Source of the DNA: Eledone cirrhosa | Taxonomy: Eukaryota | Direction of reading: 5' to 3' | Assembly (NCBI GenBank): GCA_964016885.1 | Contig: OZ024760.1 | Span: forward strand, 19,530,001-19,594,000 | Length of the DNA: 64,000 bases | In this document: positions 13,844 to 25,010 of the stretch, in pieces | How the letters are laid out: every line of letters begins with the position of its first letter | How positions within the stretch are numbered: the stretch's first letter is position 1 | The notes under the pieces: model-generated | Databases searched by the model: none | Seen by the model: only the letters and a program-made list of their open reading frames with translations | Told to the model about the DNA's origin: nothing | Program-made: the position numbers and the translations under genes

Positions 13844-14598
13844 GTAAGGATTTAGTAATTAAATTATATAGAAACTAAATATAACATTAAATTCCATAAT
13901 ATATTTCCTATATTTAATTAAGATGATCTATAATATACAGGAAAACATTTCTGTTATTAAAATTATATGTCATCCTAGGTAGAAGTAAATATTCTTAACT
14001 ATGTTTTATATAAAATTCAAACAAAACATTATAAACTTTATAATTAACCCTTTTTACCAACCTGGCCATAACTGGCTCTGGTTCTATGTAATAAAACCAC
14101 CCATTTTAAAGATTTTCCCTTTTAAATTCAAAATCTTCTGGCATAATTTTATATAACAACCTTACATTAAGTTACTATGTTAGTAATGAAATAATTGATA
14201 ATTTTAGTACATATTGGAAAAGTCTTCATTCACCCTTTAGCATTTAACCCGGCCATATCCAGCCTGAATTATCTCATCTCTTTCTGTTCAAACTGGCTGT
14301 AACCAGCTGCTCATACTGATGTTAAGGTATTTTTCTCAAAATAAATAATATTAAATTCTCAGATATTCAATAATTATGTTAAGTAAAGCCTTACCCATGA
14401 AAATATAATAGTAAATATAGTGTAATGTAAATGCTAAAGGGTTAATTAATTAAAAGAGTGTATTTAATGAGAAATGCAGTCATGAAAGGGTTAAATTAGT
14501 ATATAATACAATTCTGAAAATAATTGCCAATATGTCTGCTCTATTTGAAAATATTACCTTTTTACTCATAAGACACATAAGACAATATATTTTAACAG

Positions 14599-14625
14599 CT
14601 GTTATACCTGTTGAACTTACAACTG
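14599..14625 (+). CDS. Micro-exon U5-D AVIPVELTT (12-nt in-frame deletion)
   Basis: AG|27 nt|GTAAG. Confidence 0.8.
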
Positions 14626-14906
14626 GTAAGATAATTAATATCTGAGAAATATGTAGCTAATATTTCTAACCGTCAGCACTTTCATCTACAATATCTAATG
14701 TATATATTATATTTTCTTAAACATGTGTTTTTCTGATATATTCTTTACATTTAAAATATAAATCATCTCATTCCATTTTATTTTATAAAGAAAATTTGAT
14801 ATAATAATATCTTAGAGTACTTTTTCTATTCTATTACTTAAATCTATATCTCATAAAAGATATTTCCCTTTCTTTATCTGACACATAAGACAATATATTT
14901 TAACAG

Positions 14907-14945
14907 CTCCACCTCCCACTGTTATACCTGAGGAAGTTACAGCTG
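14907..14945 (+). CDS. Micro-exon U5-E APPPTVIPEEVTA
   Basis: AG|39 nt|GTAAG. Confidence 0.85.
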
Positions 14946-15863
14946 GTAAGAGAATTAGTATTTGACAAAAATATAGCTAATATTTCTAACAATGACCATT
15001 ATTTAATAGTGCAATATTTTCAGATACAATATCTAATATGATTGTTATATTCACTATTCTAATTACCATGCAGATATATATTTAAAACTGTATTGTCAAC
15101 ACATCAAATGTTTTTCCTACAGAAGTAATCATATATATAACTTCAATATATAATATTGATAACTAATTATCCTAACTGGACACCTCAAATTTTGGCATGA
15201 TTCACCTGGAAATTAATAACACATAATTAAAATATTACATCATGTTAATATGTTTTTATAATTTTCAGAAATTATCAACGGTTTCTTTTATTTATTTTTT
15301 AATCCCATCATTTTCTCCCTTACCCTAATTCACCCCCCCCCCTCCCCCTGTGTTTTTCACGTTTACATGTTAAACACAGTTTACTTCGATTTATGATCAA
15401 ACTACATTGATGTATCCTCGATAGATTAGAATATCAGAATATATACAACAATTAAACCTGTAAAAACTCTCCTTAGAAATATAAGATAGTAAAAATGTGT
15501 GCATTTAAATTTAATGTCAAACATATCTACTCACAAAATGTTCACAGGGCTAAAACTATCATCTTTATATGATATCTTAACAGAAAAATAGAATTCAAAA
15601 AAGAATTTAAAACTTTTCATAACTTATTCTTCATAATTCCGTAACTTTAAAAGATTTTTAAAACTTTGTCTATAAACTTTTATTATATATCAATTACTTC
15701 ATTTCATGTATGTTGTGGTATGATATAATCTCTCACTAATAATAAAATATCTGGTAAACAATATATTAATCCCATAATAAAATACATGGTATAGTCAGTT
15801 GTCCAATAATTCTAGGATAACATTGTGTTATAACAGTTGACACCCATATTTCATAACTTATAG

Positions 15864-15902
15864 CTCCTCCAGCACCAGTTAAACCTGTGGAATTAACAAC
15901 TG
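15864..15902 (+). CDS. Micro-exon U6-A
   Basis: AG|39 nt|GTAAG. Confidence 0.85.
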
Positions 15903-15962
15903 GTAAGGATTTAGTACTCAAATTAATTAGCATCTAAATATAACATTATATTATATAATACA

Positions 15963-16323
15963 CACGACCGTGACCTCTGGCGCCACGCAGTAATACAGAG
16001 TACCCGACCTCCCATGAAGTATATAGACAATATGCCCCCACACCCTCCCACTGCAAGGTGGTCGTGGAGGTGCCACCGCAAAAAAGCACCCAGCCCACAC
16101 TATAAAGTGAACGTGTAGGCGCTGCGCCATGAAAAAGCACCCAGCACTCCCTGTAAATGAGGTTGGTGTTTGGAAGGGCATCCAGCTGTAGAAATCAAGC
16201 CAAATCAGTTCCTGTATGAGCAAGGCATGGTCAGCCGACTAGACACTGCCCACAACAGGACAACCCGTCTAACCCATGCTAGTGTGGAAGAACGGACATG
16301 TGATGGTGATGATGATGATGATG
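15963..16323 (+). mobile_element. SINE family B-related insertion with (GAT)n tail and AATACA target-site duplication
   Basis: Absent from the A-B intron of units 1-5; AATACA at 15957-15962 and 16324-16329. Confidence 0.8.
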
Positions 16324-16460
16324 AATACAATTCCCATACTTTATATTTAAATTAGCATTTAAAAATATGATTTTAAAATAACTACCATTATATATATATA
16401 TACATCATTTAAAAATATTAATTTCTTATTCTGACACATGAGATAATATATTTTTAACAG

Positions 16461-16499
16461 CTGCACCTCCCCCTGTTAAACCTGTGGAACTCACAACTG
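16461..16499 (+). CDS. Micro-exon U6-B
   Basis: AG|39 nt|GTAAG. Confidence 0.85.
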
Positions 16500-16939
16500 G
16501 TAAGAAAGCTAGTATTTGACAAATATAAAGCTAATAAATCTAACCATAGACACTAATTAATACGACAGTATTTTCATGTACAATATCTAATGTATATATC
16601 ATATTCAAATAGTCACAGCTGTATTACTAATGTGACTATTGACACTTAACATATGAATTATTTCAATCCATTTTAAAATCATTTACCCCATTGATGTCAC
16701 CGAATGAAGAAATTATTTCTCATATAGAAACATAATGTAGTCAGTTTTTTCAATGATATATTCTTTCTTTATATGATTTCACTCATTATGAAATACTGTA
16801 AATAATTAGTGATATATTTCAAATAATTTGAGAAGCATCTTGCACATTATTTTCAAGGACTGAGCGGGTTGTTCCATTGATCGAATCAACTGGAACACTC
16901 GTAACCAATGGAGTGCCAATTTGTGTATATATATATATA

Positions 16940-17350
16940 TCATCATCGTTTAATGTCTATCTTCCACGCTAGCATCGATTAGACCAGTTTGTCCTACTTG
17001 AGGCAAGATTGGTCGAGTGACCATGTCTCGCTCATATAGAACTGTTTTGGGCATGTTTTCTATGGCTGGATGCCCTTCCAAATGCCAACCACATTTACAG
17101 TGTGGACTGAGCCTTTTTACCATGTCTCCTACATAATCACTTTACAGTGCAGGCTGGGTGCTTTTTGTCATGACACCTACATGACCACTTTACAGTGTGG
17201 GCTGGGTGCTTTTTGTCATGACACCTAGATGACCACTTTACAGTGTGGGCTGGGTGCTTTTTGTCATGACACCTACATGACCATTTTACAATGTGGACTG
17301 GTATGTTTTGTGGTAACAACATAACTTTACAGAGAAAGGTTGGTGTGTAA
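16940..17350 (-). mobile_element. LINE 3'UTR-like retro-fragment with internal 48-bp tandem repeats
   Basis: Similar to 20088-20400; CACTTTACAGTGTGGGCTGGGTGC unit repeated about 4 times. Confidence 0.6.
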
Positions 17351-17575
17351 ACAAAACTATATATTCGTATATATAATTTAGAACACAAATTTTTTCTAAA
17401 TTGTTTTTTGGTAAAAAAATGTCTATCTGATATAAGGATTGAAAATATAACATTATATAAAAATTATATTATAATATTGTCTTAAAATATTATATCAAAA
17501 TAAAAAATTGAAAACCATATCATATTTGAACATGTTATCTTTTTAATGACACATAAGACAATATATTTTTAACAG

Positions 17576-17614
17576 CACCACCTCCCCCTGTCCAACCTGT
17601 GGAAATTACAACTG
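17576..17614 (+). CDS. Micro-exon APPPPVQPVEITT
   Basis: AG|39 nt|GTAAG. Confidence 0.85.
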
Positions 17615-17842
17615 GTAAGAAAGCTAGTATTTGACAAATATGTAGCTAATAAATCTAACCATAAACATTTTTTAACAAGTCAGGACTTTCATGAACAATA
17701 TCTAATATATATATTATATTTTCTTAAACAGGTGTTTTTCTGATATTATTCTTTACATTTAAAATATAAATTATCTCATTCCATTTTATGTTATAAAGAA
17801 AATTTGATATAATAATATTTTAGAATACGTTTTCTATTCTAT

Positions 17843-17905
<63 letters not shown>

Positions 17906-17990
17906 GAAGTGATTGGGCTTAGGGCCTAGACCATGATAAAAAAACATCTCCCTTCTCTATCTGACACATAAGATAATATATTTTTAACAG

Positions 17991-18029
17991 CTGTACCTCC
18001 CCCTGTCATACCTGTGGATATTGCAACTG
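17991..18029 (+). CDS. Micro-exon AVPPPVIPVDIAT
   Basis: AG|39 nt|GTAAG. Confidence 0.85.
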
Positions 18030-18915
18030 GTAAGATAATTAGCTAATATTTCTAACAATGAACACTTTTTAACATGAGACTATTTTCATGTACGATACCT
18101 AATGTGTATGTTATATTCTAATAACCACAGATAAAGTCCTAATATTATCTGTTAAATATATTTGTCTCTGATCATGCTGGGGTTCCATTAAACAAACCTA
18201 AGTCATATTATAAAATCATATTGCTTGCATTATGTAATTGATAATAACGATGAAAACATAATAGAAACATATTCATAGGATATCAATATTTAATATTGTT
18301 CTCTTATCGTAACTGGTCACCTTAAATTTTAGCGTGTTACACCTGGAAATTAATAACACAGAATTAAAAAGTTTATTTTATGTAAATGTATTTGTACATT
18401 TTTCAGAAAATATCAACAATGTCCCTGATTCATTTTCTTTTTCTCTCTTATCCTCATTTATCAACTGGTTTACGTTTTTACATGTTAAACACATTTTACT
18501 TTAGTTGATGTTCAGACTATATTGGTTTATCAATGATGTCATAGTATTTGATGATTAATTAAATAATTAGACATATAAACACTTCTACTTACATATCTCA
18601 AAACCTTCTCTGTGTCTGGTTTCATAAACCATTGGAATTATCAGCTAGTAACATGTGTGAGTGTGTGTGAAGGCACATGGCTTATTTGTCAGTGTTGGGC
18701 TTACAATCATGAGGTTGTCAGTTCGATTCTTCGACCGAGCTTTTTGTTGTGTTCATGAGCAAGACACTATAATTTATAATCTCTCATTGTATCCCTTGAT
18801 ACAATATATAATAAATCTATCCAATGTATAATAAAATATTATAACTTAGTTCAATAATTCTTGGGTAATATTATGTTATATCAGTTAACTCACGTATTTC
18901 ATAATGTTTTTATAG

Positions 18916-18954
18916 CTCCACCAGCACCAGTTAAACCTGTGGAATTAACAACTG
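18916..18954 (+). CDS. Micro-exon APPAPVKPVELTT
   Basis: AG|39 nt|GTAAG. Confidence 0.85.
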
Positions 18955-19474
18955 GTAAGGATTAAACAATTAAAATAAATAGCATCTACATTATAACGTT
19001 AAATTATATATACTAGACACACTTCGTCATAACATATGATATAATATTATACACATGAAATAATTTCTCTGCCACAATATTATAAAACCATTTATTTTAT
19101 CATATTCACAAGTTAGAAATATCTATTTAAATCATGCATTATTTAATTACTTAATATTAATTTATGAAACATTATTTTCTGTATAAGACCGGTTATATAA
19201 CCCTATATCTATAAGTTAATTTATTACTGTAAATATTATCTTATGAAACTCTGAATGTCAGGTGTTTCAAAAACTGCTTTTCTAGGATAAAATTTCATTC
19301 TAAATGTTTATTTTTACATTTTATGAGGAATAGAAATATGAGCTAATGAATTTAGAAAGAAAAATTACTGTAATAATACGTTAGGATATTTTCATTTCCA
19401 ATGATTTAAAAATATATTCATTAGAAACTATTTCTTTTTATTTATCTGACACATAAGACAATATATTTTAACAG

Positions 19475-19513
19475 CTCCACCTCCCCCTGTCATACCTGTG
19501 GAAGTTATAACTG
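19475..19513 (+). CDS. Micro-exon APPPPVIPVEVIT
   Basis: AG|39 nt|GTAAG. Confidence 0.85.
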
Positions 19514-19974
19514 GTAAGAGAATTAGTATCTGACAAATATCTAATATTTCTAACAGTGAACACTATTTAACTTGACAAAATTTTCATATTCCACATCTAA
19601 TACATTTGTTATGTTCACAATTCTATTTACTATTAAGATATATATTTAAAGCAGAATTATCAATTAATCAAATGTTTTTCCTACAGAAGTAATCACTATA
19701 TATGATATCAGTATATAATATTGATCACTAATTATCCTAACTGGGCACCACAAATTTAAGCATGTTTCACCTGGAAATTAATATCATATATTTACAAAGT
19801 TTATTTTATGTCAATGTACTTTTTCATATTTCAGAATATCAGTATTGCTTCCAATAACACATTATATATATATATATAGAACACATTATATATATATACA
19901 TGATAGAATTATGTGTCTCAACAACAAACTTTTGACCAATCCTTGTGACAATCACTTTTACCATATATGGAATT

Positions 19975-20070
19975 ACCCCCTGAGAAGCTAGGCTATTCAT
20001 ATACCAGGATAAAAATGTTCATTTAGTCCAGAATTAGCCATCGAAACGGCTTGAGCTCAGCCGTCGGGGT
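19975..20070 (+). ncRNA. Type I hammerhead ribozyme motif, probably inactivated (G8>A)
   Basis: Stem I ACCCC/GGGGT; core CTGAGAA..GAAA; stem III CGGCT/AGCCG; GTC triplet at 20063-20065. Confidence 0.6.
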
Positions 20071-20087
20071 CCGACTCATTTCTATAT

Positions 20088-21552
20088 CATCATCATCATC
20101 ATCATCAACGTTTAACGTCCGTGTTCCACGCTTGCATGGGTTTGGACGGGGGTAGTCCCACTTGAGGCAAGAGTGATTGTCTTGCTCGCATAGGACTGTC
20201 TGGCAGGTTTTCTACAGTTGGATGCCCTTCCTAACACCAACCACATTTACAGTGTGGGTCTGGGAGGTTTTTACCGTGTTGCCTACACGGCCACATTACA
20301 GCGTGGACTGTGTGTTTTTTTGTCGTGACACCTACACGATCTCATTTGTTTCGGCCTCGATGGCGCGGCACCAACATAACTTTACATAGAACGGGGTGGT
20401 GTGGATGGGGTAGGGGTGGGGGTGGTGGGACGGGGTGTATTTTGTTAGGGATGCCTACTGGCTGGAGTAGGTTTTACTATATATTTAGGTAAGGCGGGTC
20501 TTCTCTGTTACTGAGTACCGCCAAAGGTCTCGGTCCAGTGACATTGTCTTGGAGAGGTGTAAGTGTGTGATGTCGGAGTTTATCAGCTCGTCCCAGGTTT
20601 TTCTAGGTCTGCCTATTCCGTGACTACCGTCTATCTTTATTGCCCTGCACTTTGTTATACAGCTATCGACTTTCATGCGCATCACGTGTCCATACCAACG
20701 TAGCCTTCTCTCGAGTAAACAACATCTGATCCCTCTTATCTCTAATTTTTTCCTTAGTTCGTTTATGCTTTGCCGTTCACGTATATTACTGTTACACATC
20801 CAGCGGAGCATGCAAGCTTCGTTCCTCTCTAGTCTGCGTATATCCTCTGCACACAATGCCCAGGTCTCACTGCCATGCAGCATTGCTGTTCGTATGCAGG
20901 CATCGTACAACCTGCCTTTCATTTTTAGTGAGAACCCTTTAGCAGCTAATAGTGGTATAAGCTCTCTGAACTTTTTCCAACCAGTTCTGACTCTAGCTAC
21001 AGTACTTTCAGAGCACCCTCCCCCACTGCTGATTTTATCGCCCAGGTAACGGAAGCTGTCCACTATTTCTATAGAACCCTCTGCGCAATTGAAAGAGCTA
21101 GTAGCTTGTGGGCACTTGCTGCTACTTATTGCACCAGAGCACCGGCCACATGTAAAATCTATGTTCTTAGTTAGCTTACCTGTGATCCCACTACATCTTT
21201 TATGCACCCATACTTTGCATTTAGGACATAAAATGGAGTTTCTACCTACGCCTTTCCTACACACCGAGCACGACCATTTCCCAGAAGGGACCGCCGCCTT
21301 GTTTTCTTTCCTACAAACTAGTACTTTGGTCTTAGCCAGGTTAATTTTAAGTCCTTTTGACTCTAGGCCGTGCTTCCATGTTTGGAATTTCTTCTCTAGC
21401 TCGGCCATTGATTCCGCTATGAGTGTCAGGTCGTCTGCGTATAGGAGTTCCCATGGGCAGCCTGTCTTGAACTCCTCTGTTATAGCCTGAAGGGCAATAA
21501 TAAATAGTAGTGGGCTGAGAACAGAGCCCTGATGGACGCCAACTTTTACGCT
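20088..21552 (-). mobile_element. 5'-truncated RTE-like non-LTR retrotransposon (RT C-half, Cys/His finger, 3'UTR, (GAT)n tail)
   Basis: Open frame from GVHQGSVLSP..LLYADD through MLHGSETW..RRLRWYGHV..GRPRKTW to stop at 20485. Confidence 0.92.
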
Positions 21553-21944
21553 ATATATATATATATATATATAACTTGTCTCCCTTCTTGAAAATTAAGA
21601 TTATCTCTCCCACTTACCATTGGTTAGGTGCCTTTCCAGAGATTCAGGCCACCTTGCACACATTAGTCAGCCAGAGAATACCTTCTGTATTTAAGGCTTT
21701 TTAACCACCAACAATATTTAACCTGGCAACATTTTCATGTAAAATATCTAAAATATATATTATATTCCAATAATCAGATACTTTCCTAAAATTATCATTG
21801 AAACATTAATAATTAAATAAAGCTTATCTAGTCAAAGATAAATTATTCTCTGTAGAAAATATAATCTCGTAATATTTGAAAATGAGAATATGAGAACGAG
21901 CACTCTTTATTCCTGGACCTTTCTGACGGAATCACTTCATTTAC

Positions 21945-22166
21945 ACATATATATATATATATTTTATAAACGCATATTATATATATGCATATTATATATA
22001 CACATATATATATATACATAGTATATGTATTATATACACATATTATGTATATACATATATATATATATATATATTATATACACATTATATATATACATAC
22101 ATATATATATATATACATATATATATATATTATATATACACATATATTTATATATTATATATATAC

Positions 22167-22203
<37 letters not shown>

Positions 22204-22415
22204 CATATTATATATATATATAATATATATACATATTATATATATATATATTATATACATATTATATATATATATATTATATATATACATATATATATAT
22301 ATATTATATATATATATATATATTATATATATTATATATTATATATATACATATTATATATATATATATTTATTATATATATATTATATATATGTATGTA
22401 TATATATATATATGT
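21945..22415. repeat. (TA)n/(TACA) low-complexity microsatellite (similar tracts at 32110-32312, 37268-37720, 38395-38750)
   Basis: Visible dinucleotide repeat. Confidence 0.95.
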
Positions 22416-22575
22416 ATCATCATCATCAACGTTTAACGTCCGTGTTCCACACTTGCATGGGTTTGGATGGGGGTTTTCCCACTTGAGGCAAGAGTGATTG
22501 TCTTGCTCGCATAGGACTGTCTGGCGGGTTTTCTACAGCTGGATGCCCTTCCTAACACCAACCCCATTTACAGTA
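22416..22575 (-). mobile_element. Short 3'-end copy of the same LINE
   Basis: Near-identical to 20095-20252. Confidence 0.8.
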
Positions 22576-22606
22576 TATATATATATATTATATGTATGTA
22601 TGTATG

Positions 22607-22650
<44 letters not shown>

Positions 22651-22680
22651 TATATGTATATATATATATATTATATATAT

Positions 22681-23008
22681 ACATGGCTTAGTGGTTAGAG
22701 CATTGGCCTTGCAATCGAAAGGTTGTGAGTTCAATTCTCAGACCGGGTGATGTGTTGTTTCCTTGAGCAAGACACTTTATTTCACATTGTTCCAGTTTAC
22801 TCAGCTGTAGAAAAAAAATGATAGGGACTATGGTCCCTATCATTCCACTGTAAAGTGATCGTGGAGGTGCCACGGCAAAAAAGCACCCAACACCCACTGT
22901 AAATTAGGTTGGTGTTAGGAAGGGCATCCAGCTGTAGAAATCAAGCCAGAATCAGTTCCTGCAAGCAGGGAAAAGCGGATGTAAAATGATGATGAAAAGG
23001 ATGATGAT
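22681..23008 (+). mobile_element. tRNA-derived SINE family B with RTE-like 3' tail, full length
   Basis: A-box TGGCTTAGTGG, B-box GAGTTCAATTC; tail GGTGTTAGGAAGGGCATCCAGCTGTAGAAA shared with LINE 3'UTR; (GAT)n end. Confidence 0.85.
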
Positions 23009-23327
23009 ATATATGTACACACACACTCATTCAACATCCACTCTCTCAACTAGCAAGGGACACCTGATTAGTTAACTCTGTATATTATAAAATGTCATAT
23101 TTTTATTTATACTTCATCTATAACTTTTATTTTGTTTCTCATTAACCATGAACTAAATTTTCTTGAAAACAGTTTTGACGTAATTATAAATATCTTATGA
23201 TATCAATATCATATCAAAACATTATCAATGTTGAATCTCTAATAATTTTTATTAGTTACCACACACCCTTAGCATGTTTACACATTGAAATTAACAATAA
23301 ATCATTGATTACCATGTCTTGGAGTCA

Positions 23328-23378
<51 letters not shown>

Positions 23379-24372
23379 ATATATGTATACACATATGATA
23401 TATATACACACATGATACACACACACATATATATAATATTTTTCTCTTTCTTTTGATGAAGGACTAATATCCAAAACCAAAACATCATAGATGTTCTTTT
23501 AATTCTCTTTATTCTAAGTGTTAAACTATTAGCACTCATTGTAATTTGTATTTTGTTTGTTTTTATTGTTTTTTTATTTGTTGACATTGCTCTCTCTTTC
23601 TCTCTCCCTCTCTCTCATCTACCCCCCCCCCCCATCTATCTATCTCCCCCCTCCCCCCATCTATCTATCTCCCCCCTCCCCCCATCTCTATGTATCCTTG
23701 TTTTCAGTGTTTTTCCCCTTAGTTTTACATTCATTTTCCCATGTTACCACAGGATGGTAGATGTTGGCCCGAGGTTATCCCAGCTTTACATGGCATTAAA
23801 TCTATAGCAAGCTTAACTCCGGTTACTGCAGGTATCCATTTTCAGCTGAGTGAAGTGGAGCAATGTAAAAGAATGTTTCAATCTAGGACATGATGCACCA
23901 CTCAACACAAAGATTAAACTCACAAGCTTATAATCCTAAGACCAAACCTTAAACATTAAGCTACATGTCCCACACAAGTTGGGGTTAGGAAATTTAATTA
24001 AAAAATGCCTCAGCATGTCTTACTGACTGAAAAATTGATGAGGCATCTATAAGTGTAAGTGTTCCTTCATTTACATGAAGACTAAAAAGAAAACGATTTG
24101 ATGATTTGATAGTCACTACTGGAATACCTTTAATCATAGGCCTGCCTAATGGTTCCCCTGTGGCTAAAGAACGAGAATCATTGCACTTCATAATGGTTTT
24201 CTTGATAATCTAGAGCTGCCATCTCACATATTTTAATGGTAATATCAAATTGTAGTGATCTGTATATTCTTTGACAGGCTACCAATATATTGCTTTATTT
24301 AACATCTAATTTAGAGTGATTTTTGTATCACATAAATGAAAATAAATTCATTCATAAATAGTTTCTCTTAAA

Positions 24373-24536
24373 CCCTTTAGCATTTACATTATTCTATATT
24401 TACTATTGTATTTTAATGTTAAAGGCTTTACCTCACATAATATCAAATCTATAATATCTATAATATTTTTGATATTATTTATATTGAGAACAATACCTTA
24501 ACATCAGCATGAGAGGCCGGTTTAAATGCTAAAGAG
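24373..24536. mobile_element. piggyBac-like MITE family 1
   Basis: Same TIRs and body as other family 1 copies. Confidence 0.7.
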
Positions 24537-24636
24537 TTAAGTAATATAATACTTCCTTCATTTTGAAATATTCAACAAAATATTCCCTTTTTTATTTGTC
24601 TAACTTATAAGAATATATATATATATCTATTAACAG

Positions 24637-24675
24637 CAGTACCTTCTCCTATGTTACCTTTGGATTTAAAGACTG
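24637..24675 (+). CDS. Micro-exon AVPSPMLPLDLKT
   Basis: taacag|39 nt|gtaaga; NAGNAG acceptor. Confidence 0.75.
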
Positions 24676-24756
24676 GTAAGAAATTAGAACTTGTCTAAAC
24701 TATAGCTTAATATTTTTAACTCTGAAATGAATATTTTTGTCCATTAAACCTTACAT

Positions 24757-25010
24757 CAGTGGTTCCCAGCCTGGAAACTTGCCAAGGTTGTACTGATAGT
24801 CCATCAGCTAAGATTTAAAGTTCAAGTACTTTGTTAAAAATATATACACGTGCTATTGTTCTTCTCCAAGTATAAACATTTCTCTCTATTTATTGTTATT
24901 CTTGCCAAATATCAATCAAGAATTGGAGTAATTGGAGCTGAAGGAGAGCAATGGAATAGTTCATTTAAATATAAAGGGGTCCTTAGTAGTAAAAAGGTTG
25001 GGAACCACTG
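24757..25010. mobile_element. hAT-like MITE
   Basis: TIR CAGTGGTTCCCA..TGGGAACCACTG; 8-bp TSD CCTTACAT/CCTTATAT. Confidence 0.75.

Larger units (their letters stand above)
3050..16500 (+). repeat. Tandem array of 5-exon blocks (5 full units plus partial 6th)
   Basis: Type-A exons at 3192, 5541, 8206, 10541, 13210, 15864 (periods 2349, 2665, 2335, 2669, 2654); introns near-identical. Confidence 0.95.

Noticed and set aside
3192-19513. Regularly recurring ~39-bp repeats resembling a CRISPR array
   Set aside because: Spacers are 180-1000 bp and themselves repeated, repeats are bounded by AG/GT splice sites, the context is eukaryotic and no cas genes are present.
20675-21490. + strand ORFs over the LINE, and - strand ORFs over the VWA exons
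   Set aside because: Shadow frames of real coding sequence on the opposite strand.
22681-22750. Possible tRNA gene
   Set aside because: Has A/B boxes but runs into a SINE body and tail; no complete cloverleaf evident.
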